Made by a program: the position numbers and the translations under genes. Source: a virus (Duplodnaviria; Caudoviricetes). From it: a stretch of 64,000 nucleotides of DNA. Below are positions 34,306 through 44,855 of this stretch, piece by piece. Position 1 is the stretch's first letter. Each line of letters begins with the position of its first letter. Location: positions 32,001-96,000 of IMG/VR virus record IMGVR_UViG_3300037492_000170, one strand, 5' to 3'. The notes beneath the pieces were generated by a model, which saw nothing but the letters and a program-made list of their open reading frames with translations, ran no database searches and was not told the DNA's origin.

Positions 34306-35941
34306 CTAAAACTTGTTCAATAGCTTCTATAACTTCCTCCACAGAATGATTCATACAATCATGGTCTGGCAAAGGACACTGTTCTCTATCTTGTTGATAT
34401 GGTTGATTATTAAAGCATTTATATTCTATAGGGCACGGCTTCCACAAGTTAACTCTATCGGGACCCTCATGACCATACTGCTCTGGTCTAGTCCTCCCAA
34501 ACATGGTTACTGTTGGTACATCAAAAGCTGCTGCCACATGACTCCCCATAGTGTCCAAACTAACTACAAGGCTTGAAGAAGAAATCCATCGAAAAGCTTC
34601 TCTAAATTTAAGGTTTGATATCGACACAACCTTATCAAAAGAATCGTGCTGCTCCTCACCTGTCAGGTGGATAACATCATAACCCTTTTCAGTTAGATAA
34701 TCAATAATAGCCTGCCATCTGTCATTGGACCAATACTTAGTTCTGCTGATGTCTGAGAAATCAAAGAGTTTAGCATTACTTTGCGGGCATATAACAACAT
34801 AAGGTCCACTATTCTCCATAGGCTCTATTCCAAATATCTGTGGGCGCGTACTTGGAGCCACGGGAACATCTATCATCCTGCAATACGCCTCAGATATGTG
34901 TCCCTCCCACTTATTCTCTGCCATCCAACTATATATACTCTTCTCTACTCGATATGTTCTCTGTGCATCAAACTGACCCTTGGCTATCTCATCAATATCT
35001 GGATTTCCTTTGAATACGTGCTCACCGTAAGGATGATAGACTGATATATTTCGTTCTGGATACATCTCTCGTAGTTGCCTGAAAGCAGGTTCAGACATAA
35101 CCAAATCCCCGATAGCGTGACTCAAAGAAATGTGAATACCTGGTTTCAAGTTCTTCTTCAAAATATTGAACCTACGTAAATCATCGAGAGATTTACTCCC
35201 GTCTTTTACTGCTCTCGCTCCACCAGTACCTGCCCGGAAATGATATGCTATCGCCCCTGGATGCACTAATACTTTCATACCTTCGAGATGAACGCGCCAG
35301 GACAAGTGTGTATCCTCTCTATGAAAATTCAAGAGAACCGTCTCAAACCCATTAATCCGGTCGAGTGCTGCCTCTGTTAACATCATAGCAGAGTTTATAT
35401 GCTCCACCGGAAAAGGCTTCTTCCTAGTGTGAAGGGACCACTGAACATTAACACTGTCACTAAGATGCTCAATAGTTCCGTGTTTATATCTATCATCGTC
35501 GAGTTTAAAGGTATCCGGTTTCGTCCCGGCGAATAGCATGAGTCCAGATGCAGCACCTACAAGTGGGTCATCGAACAAAGGAACTACCTTTTCCAAGTAG
35601 TCTGGAGATAACCACGAGTCATCCTCTGCTCGATATACCAAGGGATTCCCCCAGTCACGCGCACCTAACCACCCGGCTTGGTATACCGCCCCTACATGAT
35701 AAGTGCTTGGTCCTGGTAGAATTCTTATTCTATGCCCCTGCATCTGTAATTCACCAATAATTTTAGAATAAAGTGAATGCTTGGTCCACTTCTCCTGCGT
35801 AAATGCAACATCATCAGAGTCGTCTACGATACATAAATCAAAGTTTTTAAATGTTTGCATCCTCAAACTGAACAATAGCTGATGCACAATATCCATGCGG
35901 TTGTGCGTCGCAACTATCACTGTCACCCGTTTATTGGACAT
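34265..35941 (-). CDS. GT2 + GT9 (heptosyltransferase-like) double glycosyltransferase
   Basis: VATHNR, VDDS, EDD and REDT (GT2); AIGDLV, KYW, SLDTMGSHVAAAFDVPTVTMFG (GT9). Confidence 0.88.
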   Translation of the reverse strand: MSNKRVTVIVATHNRMDIVHQLLFSLRMQTFKNFDLCIVDDSDDVAFTQEKWTKHSLYSKIIGELQMQGHRIRILPGPSTYHVGAVYQAGWLGARDWGNPLVYRAEDDSWLSPDYLEKVVPLFDDPLVGAASGLMLFAGTKPDTFKLDDDRYKHGTIEHLSDSVNVQWSLHTRKKPFPVEHINSAMMLTEAALDRINGFETVLLNFHREDTHLSWRVHLEGMKVLVHPGAIAYHFRAGTGGARAVKDGSKSLDDLRRFNILKKNLKPGIHISLSHAIGDLVMSEPAFRQLREMYPERNISVYHPYGEHVFKGNPDIDEIAKGQFDAQRTYRVEKSIYSWMAENKWEGHISEAYCRMIDVPVAPSTRPQIFGIEPMENSGPYVVICPQSNAKLFDFSDISRTKYWSNDRWQAIIDYLTEKGYDVIHLTGEEQHDSFDKVVSISNLKFREAFRWISSSSLVVSLDTMGSHVAAAFDVPTVTMFGRTRPEQYGHEGPDRVNLWKPCPIEYKCFNNQPYQQDREQCPLPDHDCMNHSVEEVIEAIEQVLAWARESRPEEPKP

Positions 35942-35974
35942 AAAAGCCTCCCTAGTCCATTTAGAATAACATTG

Positions 35975-36003
35975 ACTATAGATGTGATTATCTGCTTTGT
36001 CAA
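35975..36003 (-). promoter_or_regulatory. sigma70-type promoter for the GT2-GT9 gene
   Basis: TTGACA-17nt-TATAGT. Confidence 0.7.
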
Positions 36004-36004
36004 G

Positions 36005-36199
36005 TTATCGTTTACCTTGAGTCTCAATAGCTAAAGCAACGGCGTTCCTGTAATTGTCAGCAGCGATAATAAAATCACTAGTACCGCTAATAGCTGAGAT
36101 ATCTGCGGCTGATACCATCTGCTCCAGAGATGTAATCATCTGCAAAACAGTAAGCAGCCTCATGTCTACTTTCTCATAATCAATATTTGCTAGTGCCAT
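36005..36199 (-). CDS. small hypothetical protein
   Basis: AGGAG RBS, directly after the giant fiber gene. Confidence 0.6.
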   Translation of the reverse strand: MALANIDYEKVDMRLLTVLQMITSLEQMVSAADISAISGTSDFIIAADNYRNAVALAIETQGKR

Positions 36200-36212
36200 A
36201 AGTAATCTCCTT

Positions 36213-39200
36213 TTAGAATAGAACTATTGAATTAACAGGTGGAGTTCTAATTAGTCTGAGTGTGCCAGTACAACTGTCTAAATAAGTGTTAAACGCAGTC
36301 TGATATAGGCTATAAGAATAATTACTCATCCCAACTGCTGGACCAGCAGTAACAGAAACACTCATATAACCAGATCCCCATAGCACCCACCCAGAAGGAT
36401 CAGCAAGAGGAATGTTACAGCTTAGTACGTAATTATACGCCTGCCCCCTTAGATAAGCATCTACTTTTGAACTATTACCTAAAACAACATAGTCTGTATA
36501 ACAAACAACGTAGCCATAACCTGTAATATAAAAATAAAGAAGCCCTCTTGATGATCCTGTCCTTAATACATTACATTCTACTGACACATCGGGTCTAAGA
36601 AAACCAATCATTGTACTAGACGATATTGTTGCTGAATTAGTAATATTTACATCCCAATACTGTTCTGGTTGATGATATAAAGACCAAAGATTCCAATTGC
36701 CACCCATTCTATTGGTAGACACCACCGATATATAACCAATCAGCATTGAGTCGCACATACCCTTATTACCAGAGCTGTCACGTGACCCACACACCGTGTA
36801 GTGTTTATCAGGCGCAGCTGTTGTTACATACCAGTAAGCAGGGTTTACCCATTCTGTTCCAAGAGTGTAGTCTTGACCGGCTGCGGGTACTTTCAGGTAT
36901 ATGTAATAGAAACTTCCAGCAGAGAGAGAACAGTTGTCAAGGTGGAAATGGAGCGTAGAACCATTTACCAGATTCATCTTCGAACCATTCTCAAATACTA
37001 TCTGGGCATTTGTCTCCATAGGTGAAAGAGTAAAGTAGTATGTGTCCGCATAGTTCAACCTGATTGGTAGACCAGCGCTTTTTTGGTCCTCATATTTGAA
37101 CCGTTTTCCAATCCAATCATAAGTAATAAGATAACTCATATCCCCAACATAACCGCTCTGGAGATTTAATTCCAGTCCCTGCAAATGCAGACTCGTAGTA
37201 TCCAAAGCGCTATCAAGAGCGTTCAAATCTGATGTGAGAGATCCCATTCGTTGACTTACCAGACTTACCTTATTACTAAGGCTGTTCCAATCGCCGCTAA
37301 GATTACTGATAGTGCTGGCTGTACTATTAAGATTTCCACTGAGAGCATTGAGATTTGATGTTGCGTTGCTTAAATTGCCGGATAAAGAATTAACATTGCC
37401 GCTCAAATTACTGAGCGTTCTGCTCACGTTACTGATATGATTACTCAGTGAGTTGTAATTATTTCCCAGCCCACTAAGGTTTAGGCTCAACGAACCTACG
37501 TTCCCACTCAAGAGAGAAGCAGTTGATTGAATGCCACTAATATTAGTAGATAATGAGTTTGTGATGAGACTAATATTACTATACGTGGACCAGAGACTTG
37601 TTACCTGCAGACTTGCGGTATTTAGGTTTCCGGATAATGCCGCAACATTAGCACTAAGAGCACTTTCATGAACACTTAAATTGCTCATTACATTACTAAC
37701 ATTACTCAACCTACCGCTGAGGGTACTATAAGTATTGCTCAACCCACTAAGGTTTCCGCTCAGGGAATTTACATTGCCGCTGAGAAGAGTTAGATTAGAC
37801 TGTGTGGCACTAATATTAGTAGATAATGAGTTTGTGATTAAACTCACATTGCTATATGTAGACCAGAGGCTATTGATGACTAGACTAGCACCACTCACAC
37901 TAGAGGTTAAATTGCTAAGATTTCCACTAAGTAAACTAAGATTCCCACTCAAAGAAGTAAGATTACCACTGACGTTGCTAACCCTATTGCTGAGTGTATT
38001 ATAATTTGAACCCAGATCGCTTGTAAGTATGCTAAGAGAATTAATATTTCCACTCAGAAGGGACACGTCAGAGTATAGTGCGCCTAAGTTTGAATCTAAC
38101 CCGGACAACTCACTACCAAAATCACTGACATAAGAATGTAATCTTATAAGGTAGGAATCTGCTGCATTAATATCTGAGGCAACACTGACTAAGTTTCCAC
38201 TTAAATTACTTACACGACCAGATAATGTTTGTAAATTACTATTTACATTTGAAGTCCAATAGCTTAATGAGGCATAGTCACTCTGCAAACTTATAGTATA
38301 GTTCGAGAGTTTGTTAACATTACTTCCTAAACCAGAGACACTACCTGATAAGGCAGAATATGTTTGACTTATTGCACTGAAATTACTATATAAATTACTA
38401 ACATCACCACTCATTGCAGAAACATTACTTCTCAAACTGAGTAGTGTATTGGATAGTCCACTTGCAGAACTAAACAAATCTACTATGTCAAGACTCATAA
38501 CGTCCGTGTCTGATTGTAGATTACTTAGATTAGAATAGAGAGACCCCATATCCTCACTAACATTTGAAGCAAACTCACTGGTATATGAGTGTAAAGCTAT
38601 TATATTACCATCTGCTGCACTTATATCAGACAGGTAATCTGAAATGTGAGACTGAACATTACTCACATTACTATAAACAGCCCCAACATCACTTACAAGG
38701 GAATTGTAGTGCAGAGAAATATTGTTAAGATTGATTCCCAATCCAGAAAGCTGTCCTGATAATGTATTAAAATTACTCCCTGTTGCACTAATGTTACCAC
38801 TCAGTATATTCAAATTACTAATAGTAGCACTTAGATTTGTACTAAGACTATTTACTCGAAGGGAAACAGCAGTAAAATTAGAGGCAGCCTCAGACCGCAA
38901 AGTACTGGCTAATAAAGATATATTATTACTAATCTGGGTGTCTGCGCTCCCCAGCATATCGAATCCGTGACTGAGATTACCCAACTCAGAATAGATACCA
39001 GAAACATTGCTCCAAACATTATTGGACATAAGACTATTTGCATCACTAAGGAATGACGTAGCACTATATAAATCACCTGAAAAGTTGCTAAAAATAGAAT
39101 AGAGTGAATTAATGGTACCAGAGGCAGCACTTACGTCAGAATAGATATCTCCGATATTAGTATTAATATCAGAGACTACATCGGATATACTAGAGGCTTC

Positions 39201-42128
39201 CTCCCAAATATCACTCAGTGTTGAATTAATAATCGATACATCACTAATAATGTCGGATACGTTATCCTCGATGTTTGATATATTAGACCAAACATTTGAA
39301 ACAAGCTCGCTTCCTATGTCACTATATAAAGAAGTTAAATCAGTAAGTTCTCCAGATAAATCGCCAACATAAGACTCTAGCTGGTCAGCATATGAATCAG
39401 TTGCACTTAAATTAGAAAATAACGCCTCGACATTACTTCCTATATTACTTGCATTCTCTGATATGTTGTCAATATAACTACCCATATCAGAGATATCGTC
39501 ACCCATACCACTAAATTCACTCTGTAAATCTGAAACATCCCCAGTTATATCGCTTAGGTTAGAGACAATATTAGATGCATTAGAGTAAGCCCCGTCTATA
39601 GCAGAATCTAAAATGGATAGATTACCTGAAAAATCACTTACTGCTGAATAAAGACCGGATAAGTTAGACTGGGCACCACTCAAATCACTAAACAAGGCGG
39701 TCACATTACTCTGAATATCGCTTACATTATCGGATATCTCATTAAAATTACTTCCCATATCGCTTATATTATCGTAAGCACCGCTAACATCACTATATAA
39801 ATCATCAATATCGCTATAGATATCCTCTACATTAGATTCCATAGCATCTAAATTTGAGCCCAACGCACTAACATTATTACTCAGCGCAGACGCATTGGAA
39901 TAAAGGTCTGTTATATCACTTCCTATATCTACTGTAATAGTCCCTAAATCACTTACGTCATCTAATAGTTCAGATACATCACTTCGCAGATCAGACGCTA
40001 TACTATACATCATCGATAGATCATCAGAAAGACTATCAAATAAACCTACATTGAAAGAGCCAATGCCTAATAGAAAATTAATAAAACTATCCTGGGATAG
40101 AGCTATACTGGCTAGGCTACCTAAGTCCATTGCAATATCATTCAGATTTAGTAGGGCAGCATCTTGTTTTCCAGGAGAATCTAATAGCCAATACCCGGTC
40201 AATAATCCACTGGAATCCGTCTTTACAGTTGCTACCCAACGTGCTGACGTACCAGGCCAGTTTGCAGACAAATAACCCCTTGTTGGAGCTACTTTTGAGA
40301 AGAATAATTTATTTGCGCGAGCGCCCCAACAAGTCTCATTATTAGCCATATAAACATAAAAAATAGTATCATGTTGAGAGCTAACTAAAGAAATATTACT
40401 CAATGGAGCTGATATATTTGATTCAGTGTAAGTTTGAAAATAATCACTAACATTCGCGATATGCACATCAGAGTCTGTTGAAGGAAGGGTGATTAGTGTC
40501 TCCCCGCCAACATACACAACGCCCGCAGTACCCTCGGTTTCGGCTACCTTAAATTGAGTAGACGAGTCAGGTTTAATAGCAAAGTCAGCTTGACCTTTAA
40601 AATGCGTAGGATTAAGGATTAAACTCTTGATATACGAAATGTCTTTGGCATATAAAAATCTACCGTTAGCATCAGTCCATACGTGCCCAATACAACGAGA
40701 ATAGAAAAGGGGCCAGGATTCTGTCAGTCTAAAATGCTCATGTTCTTTAGTAGATAAGAATGGTTTTAGTTGTAAGTCTTTCCTCTCGTCATAATTACCT
40801 ACTGCGTTAACATCAGTTCTTCGGAAAGGTTTCCCGGTCTTAGGATTTATCTCATTGAAGTTTATAGCATCAACTTCGTTTACAATGTATATCCAATACT
40901 CAGTATTACCAGTTAATGCCGTGTCGTGATAAACAGGTAGTTCGTCCCCGTCTATAGATACCCACGGGTCATTATTGTAAACAGATTTGCCATCCCCAAT
41001 GTAAATAAGTTCCTCGGGAATATATATCTGTCCGAAGCTACCATCCATACGAGTGAGCCGCAGTTCCTCGGTGCCCTCATAACTCAGATAAAAATCACTA
41101 TAATCGCGAAAGGTCTCCTGAAGATTCGGTCGTCTACTAATCCACGATATATCTAGCTCATGTCTGAAGTAACAATCCGAATCAGTCTCTATGAATCCAG
41201 CAACCACGGCATTAACACCAACACCCGTCGCTGCCATATAACCATCTATTGGTGGGGTTAGTGATAAGAATAGTTTTCCCCGAAAATCCCATGCAATAGT
41301 TGTTTCCGTCTCTAACACATTGAATGCAGAAGAAGCTGTGTTTACTAAATATATCCAATACTCTGTGTCGGGAGCCAACACAACTGGTGTAATTACATTA
41401 GCGGTAAGATCCAACGCAGGACAGGTATTAAAAACAGAGCACTGTGGGTCCGCATTTACTATCTCTCCATTTACTAAAACAGTTCCGCTTCCACCCTTAA
41501 CTATATCTAATGATAATTGTTTCTTGTTGTAATATTCAATCTTCACGTCTGGAGTAAGGAAAGCAATGAATCCTTCTGGCAGATGTTTCGTTGGTTGGTC
41601 ATCTTCAAATGCAGAATGTCTAAACTTACGCCAAACATACCCGTCCCAGAATACCTCAACGTCGGGGTCTATTATTACATGTGCCCCACCAATAAGATTA
41701 CCCGGATATGGAATATCATTTACATCATCTATTTCCCATAACCAAACTACTTGAGCCCAAGCATCTGTATCCGAATTCCAGAAATAAATATCATAAGGTC
41801 TACCATCATATACATCCTGACCCGCCGGGGGCCAGTTTGCTTTAGGTACACCCCACGCTTGCATGAAGGGTCTTGGACCGGCGGGAAGTTCACTAACAGT
41901 TTGAACAACCCCGGCTAATTCAAGTGTTGTATATTCTCTACCATTCCAAATTAACGTCCTACGCCAATCACGAACAAACCTGGTCTGCCCATAAAAGTTA
42001 CCTTCTGGTGATTGCCAACCAAGTCCCCGAGAATATGTCTTACCATCGCCTACCCTTGGTGCAGTAGCACCAGGGGGCACGTAATAAAACAGACTACCCT
42101 TATCTTCTAGTGTTGGATCGTAGACCAA
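36213..42128 (-). CDS. giant tail fiber-like protein (1971 aa) with a long Ser/Asn-rich coiled coil
   Basis: Repeated YWIY/FYVY...LFLS..P globular modules flanking a heptad repeat region. Confidence 0.8.
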   Translation of the reverse strand: MVYDPTLEDKGSLFYYVPPGATAPRVGDGKTYSRGLGWQSPEGNFYGQTRFVRDWRRTLIWNGREYTTLELAGVVQTVSELPAGPRPFMQAWGVPKANWPPAGQDVYDGRPYDIYFWNSDTDAWAQVVWLWEIDDVNDIPYPGNLIGGAHVIIDPDVEVFWDGYVWRKFRHSAFEDDQPTKHLPEGFIAFLTPDVKIEYYNKKQLSLDIVKGGSGTVLVNGEIVNADPQCSVFNTCPALDLTANVITPVVLAPDTEYWIYLVNTASSAFNVLETETTIAWDFRGKLFLSLTPPIDGYMAATGVGVNAVVAGFIETDSDCYFRHELDISWISRRPNLQETFRDYSDFYLSYEGTEELRLTRMDGSFGQIYIPEELIYIGDGKSVYNNDPWVSIDGDELPVYHDTALTGNTEYWIYIVNEVDAINFNEINPKTGKPFRRTDVNAVGNYDERKDLQLKPFLSTKEHEHFRLTESWPLFYSRCIGHVWTDANGRFLYAKDISYIKSLILNPTHFKGQADFAIKPDSSTQFKVAETEGTAGVVYVGGETLITLPSTDSDVHIANVSDYFQTYTESNISAPLSNISLVSSQHDTIFYVYMANNETCWGARANKLFFSKVAPTRGYLSANWPGTSARWVATVKTDSSGLLTGYWLLDSPGKQDAALLNLNDIAMDLGSLASIALSQDSFINFLLGIGSFNVGLFDSLSDDLSMMYSIASDLRSDVSELLDDVSDLGTITVDIGSDITDLYSNASALSNNVSALGSNLDAMESNVEDIYSDIDDLYSDVSGAYDNISDMGSNFNEISDNVSDIQSNVTALFSDLSGAQSNLSGLYSAVSDFSGNLSILDSAIDGAYSNASNIVSNLSDITGDVSDLQSEFSGMGDDISDMGSYIDNISENASNIGSNVEALFSNLSATDSYADQLESYVGDLSGELTDLTSLYSDIGSELVSNVWSNISNIEDNVSDIISDVSIINSTLSDIWEEASSISDVVSDINTNIGDIYSDVSAASGTINSLYSIFSNFSGDLYSATSFLSDANSLMSNNVWSNVSGIYSELGNLSHGFDMLGSADTQISNNISLLASTLRSEAASNFTAVSLRVNSLSTNLSATISNLNILSGNISATGSNFNTLSGQLSGLGINLNNISLHYNSLVSDVGAVYSNVSNVQSHISDYLSDISAADGNIIALHSYTSEFASNVSEDMGSLYSNLSNLQSDTDVMSLDIVDLFSSASGLSNTLLSLRSNVSAMSGDVSNLYSNFSAISQTYSALSGSVSGLGSNVNKLSNYTISLQSDYASLSYWTSNVNSNLQTLSGRVSNLSGNLVSVASDINAADSYLIRLHSYVSDFGSELSGLDSNLGALYSDVSLLSGNINSLSILTSDLGSNYNTLSNRVSNVSGNLTSLSGNLSLLSGNLSNLTSSVSGASLVINSLWSTYSNVSLITNSLSTNISATQSNLTLLSGNVNSLSGNLSGLSNTYSTLSGRLSNVSNVMSNLSVHESALSANVAALSGNLNTASLQVTSLWSTYSNISLITNSLSTNISGIQSTASLLSGNVGSLSLNLSGLGNNYNSLSNHISNVSRTLSNLSGNVNSLSGNLSNATSNLNALSGNLNSTASTISNLSGDWNSLSNKVSLVSQRMGSLTSDLNALDSALDTTSLHLQGLELNLQSGYVGDMSYLITYDWIGKRFKYEDQKSAGLPIRLNYADTYYFTLSPMETNAQIVFENGSKMNLVNGSTLHFHLDNCSLSAGSFYYIYLKVPAAGQDYTLGTEWVNPAYWYVTTAAPDKHYTVCGSRDSSGNKGMCDSMLIGYISVVSTNRMGGNWNLWSLYHQPEQYWDVNITNSATISSSTMIGFLRPDVSVECNVLRTGSSRGLLYFYITGYGYVVCYTDYVVLGNSSKVDAYLRGQAYNYVLSCNIPLADPSGWVLWGSGYMSVSVTAGPAVGMSNYSYSLYQTAFNTYLDSCTGTLRLIRTPPVNSIVLF
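37200..40040 (-). repeat. Ser/Asn-rich heptad coding repeat
   Basis: SNLSxLS/SNVSxLY heptads with internal near-duplications (LWSTYSNxSLITNSLSTNIS twice). Confidence 0.8.
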
Positions 42129-42135
42129 TTATACC

Positions 42136-42429
42136 TCATGTAAAAGCAGTTCCAGGAAGCCAGTACTGATCGGGAACAGGTTTCTGTGTTCCTTGTGCAT
42201 GAAAATTCCAATTTGCACGTTCCTTCCCAGACATTTCTGTGTCAAATATATCACCTATAATAACAGCAGTGCCTAACACACTCCAACACCCACCAACTTC
42301 GGCATCAAACGCTACTGCTCCACCAAGTGCAAAGAATTCAAGACATCCTGGACTAACTGCTCCTATCTCAGTGCCATCTGAAGATTGAAAGTACTTATTC
42401 CAATCACCGCCTAGTGGGTCTAGTTCCAT
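42136..42429 (-). CDS. small Cys/His protein, paralog 1 of 3
   Basis: GGAVAFD...CW.V.G...IGD..D..M.G...NFH..G...D.Y.LPG. Confidence 0.7.
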   Translation of the reverse strand: MELDPLGGDWNKYFQSSDGTEIGAVSPGCLEFFALGGAVAFDAEVGGCWSVLGTAVIIGDIFDTEMSGKERANWNFHAQGTQKPVPDQYWLPGTAFT

Positions 42430-42438
42430 AATAATACC

Positions 42439-42783
42439 TCATAAAGATGGACACGGCCCAGGTAATGCGTACTTATCAGTAGTAGGACAACAATCACCAT
42501 TAGTATGAATATTGAAGTTGAAAATCTGAAACCCTTTCATAACAGGTGCATCTGTATCCCCTATAGGAATCTTAATTCCTGTAACACCCCAACAAGCTTG
42601 AGATGCAGGGTCCCAAGCTACTGCTCCACCACCAGTCATTGATTGGGCACATGCTCCAGACGCACCACCACCAGAACCTGCATTAGCCGTAGGCACAACT
42701 AGACTGATTATTTTTCCACTTGTGGTAGTGCCCATATTAATAGAAGCATAAGAACCAGCATTAGGACTAGGATTTATAGCCAT
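42439..42783 (-). CDS. small Cys/His protein, paralog 2 of 3
   Basis: Same motif set (GGAVAWDP, CWGV, IGD, NIH, DKYALPG). Confidence 0.7.
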   Translation of the reverse strand: MAINPSPNAGSYASINMGTTTSGKIISLVVPTANAGSGGGASGACAQSMTGGGAVAWDPASQACWGVTGIKIPIGDTDAPVMKGFQIFNFNIHTNGDCCPTTDKYALPGPCPSL

Positions 42784-42795
42784 TAGATTACCATC

Positions 42796-43389
42796 CTACC
42801 ACCCAGGGTCTTCCTCACCCGGAGTACATGGCGTTATTATTACATCAAAGTTCTCAGTAAAATATAAGGCTAATTGTGAGTAAGCCCAATCGTGTAAAAC
42901 AAGTGGAGTCTTTGCCGTAAACCTACTATCATACCAATGTGGTGGTAAAAGGTATGGACCCATAACATCCTCTCCAAACGGTGATTTCCCTGATGGCTTC
43001 CACTCTTTAATACTGGCTTGATAGGTATCTATATACTCATAAATCTCGCTCATATGTGGAAAAGACTTGTATAATGACTCAGCAGCAATGTTCGCATCGG
43101 GACCCATAAGCTCAAGCATATATTTTGTTACCGTTCCCAACAACAACGCACGAGTTTCATCTAAGCTCATTATACGTGCGCCCTTTGGGTCATCAACTAT
43201 AACCCCCATTCCTACTATCACGCCCTTGCCCAAAGACTTAAGCATATACTCATACCACTGCATCCCGGTACCATCGAAAAACGGTCCTATCATGGATTCT
43301 ACAAACTGCTCCTCAGTGAGCCCACCCATGCCACCAGATAGAGCATATAATTGACGAGCAATATTCGCGTAGTACTCTCTATCCGTCAT
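42796..43389 (-). CDS. hypothetical protein
   Basis: ATGA overlap with the upstream gene gives start 43389. Confidence 0.65.
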   Translation of the reverse strand: MTDREYYANIARQLYALSGGMGGLTEEQFVESMIGPFFDGTGMQWYEYMLKSLGKGVIVGMGVIVDDPKGARIMSLDETRALLLGTVTKYMLELMGPDANIAAESLYKSFPHMSEIYEYIDTYQASIKEWKPSGKSPFGEDVMGPYLLPPHWYDSRFTAKTPLVLHDWAYSQLALYFTENFDVIITPCTPGEEDPGW

Positions 43390-43688
43390 ACTGGTGCTAC
43401 CGCTCCCGGAAGTTGGTAAGAATCCACACAACACTTCTGTGTGCCACAAACATGCATCCAGTGATTCATTCTCTCAAAACCTGCCATTACTGAATCAATT
43501 GTATCGGCTATTACTATCTTTTGTCCTGCAACTAACCAACAACCGGGTTTCCTGGACGACCACAATCCCTTACCTGGATCATAAGCGGCAGCACCATGCC
43601 CCAAACATAACCCAGAAACTACCCCTATACCTACTGCACCACCACCCTGATAATACTTTGCGAAATCTCCCATTGGATCGTCTGCCAT
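43386..43688 (-). CDS. small Cys/His protein, paralog 3 of 3
   Basis: Same motif set (GAAAYDP, CWLV, IAD, WMH, DSYQLPG). Confidence 0.7.
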   Translation of the reverse strand: MADDPMGDFAKYYQGGGAVGIGVVSGLCLGHGAAAYDPGKGLWSSRKPGCWLVAGQKIVIADTIDSVMAGFERMNHWMHVCGTQKCCVDSYQLPGAVAPV

Positions 43689-43698
43689 AACTATTCTC

Positions 43699-44676
43699 CT
43701 ATTCTAGACAAACCTTCCCTAAACCTAAATCCCATAAATCCATCTTCAAATGTGCAATTTTAGGATTTGTAAATATTCTATCCCTGTATTGCTTACGCAC
43801 ACTCTCTCCATAATCTGGGAACTCTTGGCTGGCACAATTCCTACCCTGCGCGAGCACGTTCCCTATCATAAACCATCGAAGCATCTCATTGTCTTTCTCA
43901 ACTTCAGGTGGAATCATATCATAATAACTCACACCAATATCTGTTAAGAAACGCATCGCTGCCAATACTGCATTAGCATTATTACTGTGCTCTTCCCCAA
44001 GTCCAATCAAGTGTAGTAACTCCAGATATTTACGTTTGTCCAACACAGCCAGACTATGGAATATAGTGTAAACCGTTCCCAGCTTATGGACCAAATGAGG
44101 AGAACGAAACATATCAGCAACATCAAAGACTAGTGCATCCGCTGAAATATCACTTATGCTTGTTTTATCCCAAGGTAAATTCCAATCATTCATAATCATG
44201 TAATAAAGCAACTCTAATAATTGCCTTACATCTCCATCTGGTAGAAACTTCTTTCGGTCACACGAGTAATTGAGAACAAAATAATACTGATGATTCTCTG
44301 TGTCATGTTCCACATAATCAAGCACTCTCACGCCGGACCCCTCAAAGTCCTTTGAGTTCTTTATGAGTTTCAACTCTTTTGGTCCACACGTCCCTATAAA
44401 ATCAGAGAAGTAGGGTTGGTACCTATACTGGAATATACCAGTTTTCCCCGCAAACCTCGGGTCTTGTGTATTATAACCGCAATAGAAAACATCGGATTTA
44501 CTGGTCACTCCCGGATACCCTATATCCATTGTAAGATGGTTAGAATAAGGAACACCCACACCCTTATAATAACTACTACCGTTTTTGCACACCCTACCAC
44601 CTACAAAGGTTAAGTCAACAGGAATAGAGAAGGTTCTTACTTCTTCACCGAGGTTATTATAAACGGGTATCTTCAC
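43699..44676 (-). CDS. hypothetical protein
   Basis: 325-aa ORF in the operon, GTG start. Confidence 0.7.
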   Translation of the reverse strand: MKIPVYNNLGEEVRTFSIPVDLTFVGGRVCKNGSSYYKGVGVPYSNHLTMDIGYPGVTSKSDVFYCGYNTQDPRFAGKTGIFQYRYQPYFSDFIGTCGPKELKLIKNSKDFEGSGVRVLDYVEHDTENHQYYFVLNYSCDRKKFLPDGDVRQLLELLYYMIMNDWNLPWDKTSISDISADALVFDVADMFRSPHLVHKLGTVYTIFHSLAVLDKRKYLELLHLIGLGEEHSNNANAVLAAMRFLTDIGVSYYDMIPPEVEKDNEMLRWFMIGNVLAQGRNCASQEFPDYGESVRKQYRDRIFTNPKIAHLKMDLWDLGLGKVCLE

Positions 44677-44853
44677 TTATGCGCCCTCTAGCTTAACTAA
44701 TCTATCCAACACATCCGTAAGGGTCTCTTTTAAAACAGCGTTCTCCTTCTTCACAAGCTTCAATTGCTTAACGATGGGGTTGGGGTAAGGCTTCAACCAA
44801 CCATCGCTGGATCTAAAATACCCGGAAGGGGGTGTATCATAAATATCCTTCAT
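44677..44853 (-). CDS. small coiled-coil protein (58 aa)
   Basis: MKDIYDTPPSG...LDRLVKLEGA fills the gap between neighbours. Confidence 0.55.
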   Translation of the reverse strand: MKDIYDTPPSGYFRSSDGWLKPYPNPIVKQLKLVKKENAVLKETLTDVLDRLVKLEGA

Positions 44854-44855
44854 CT

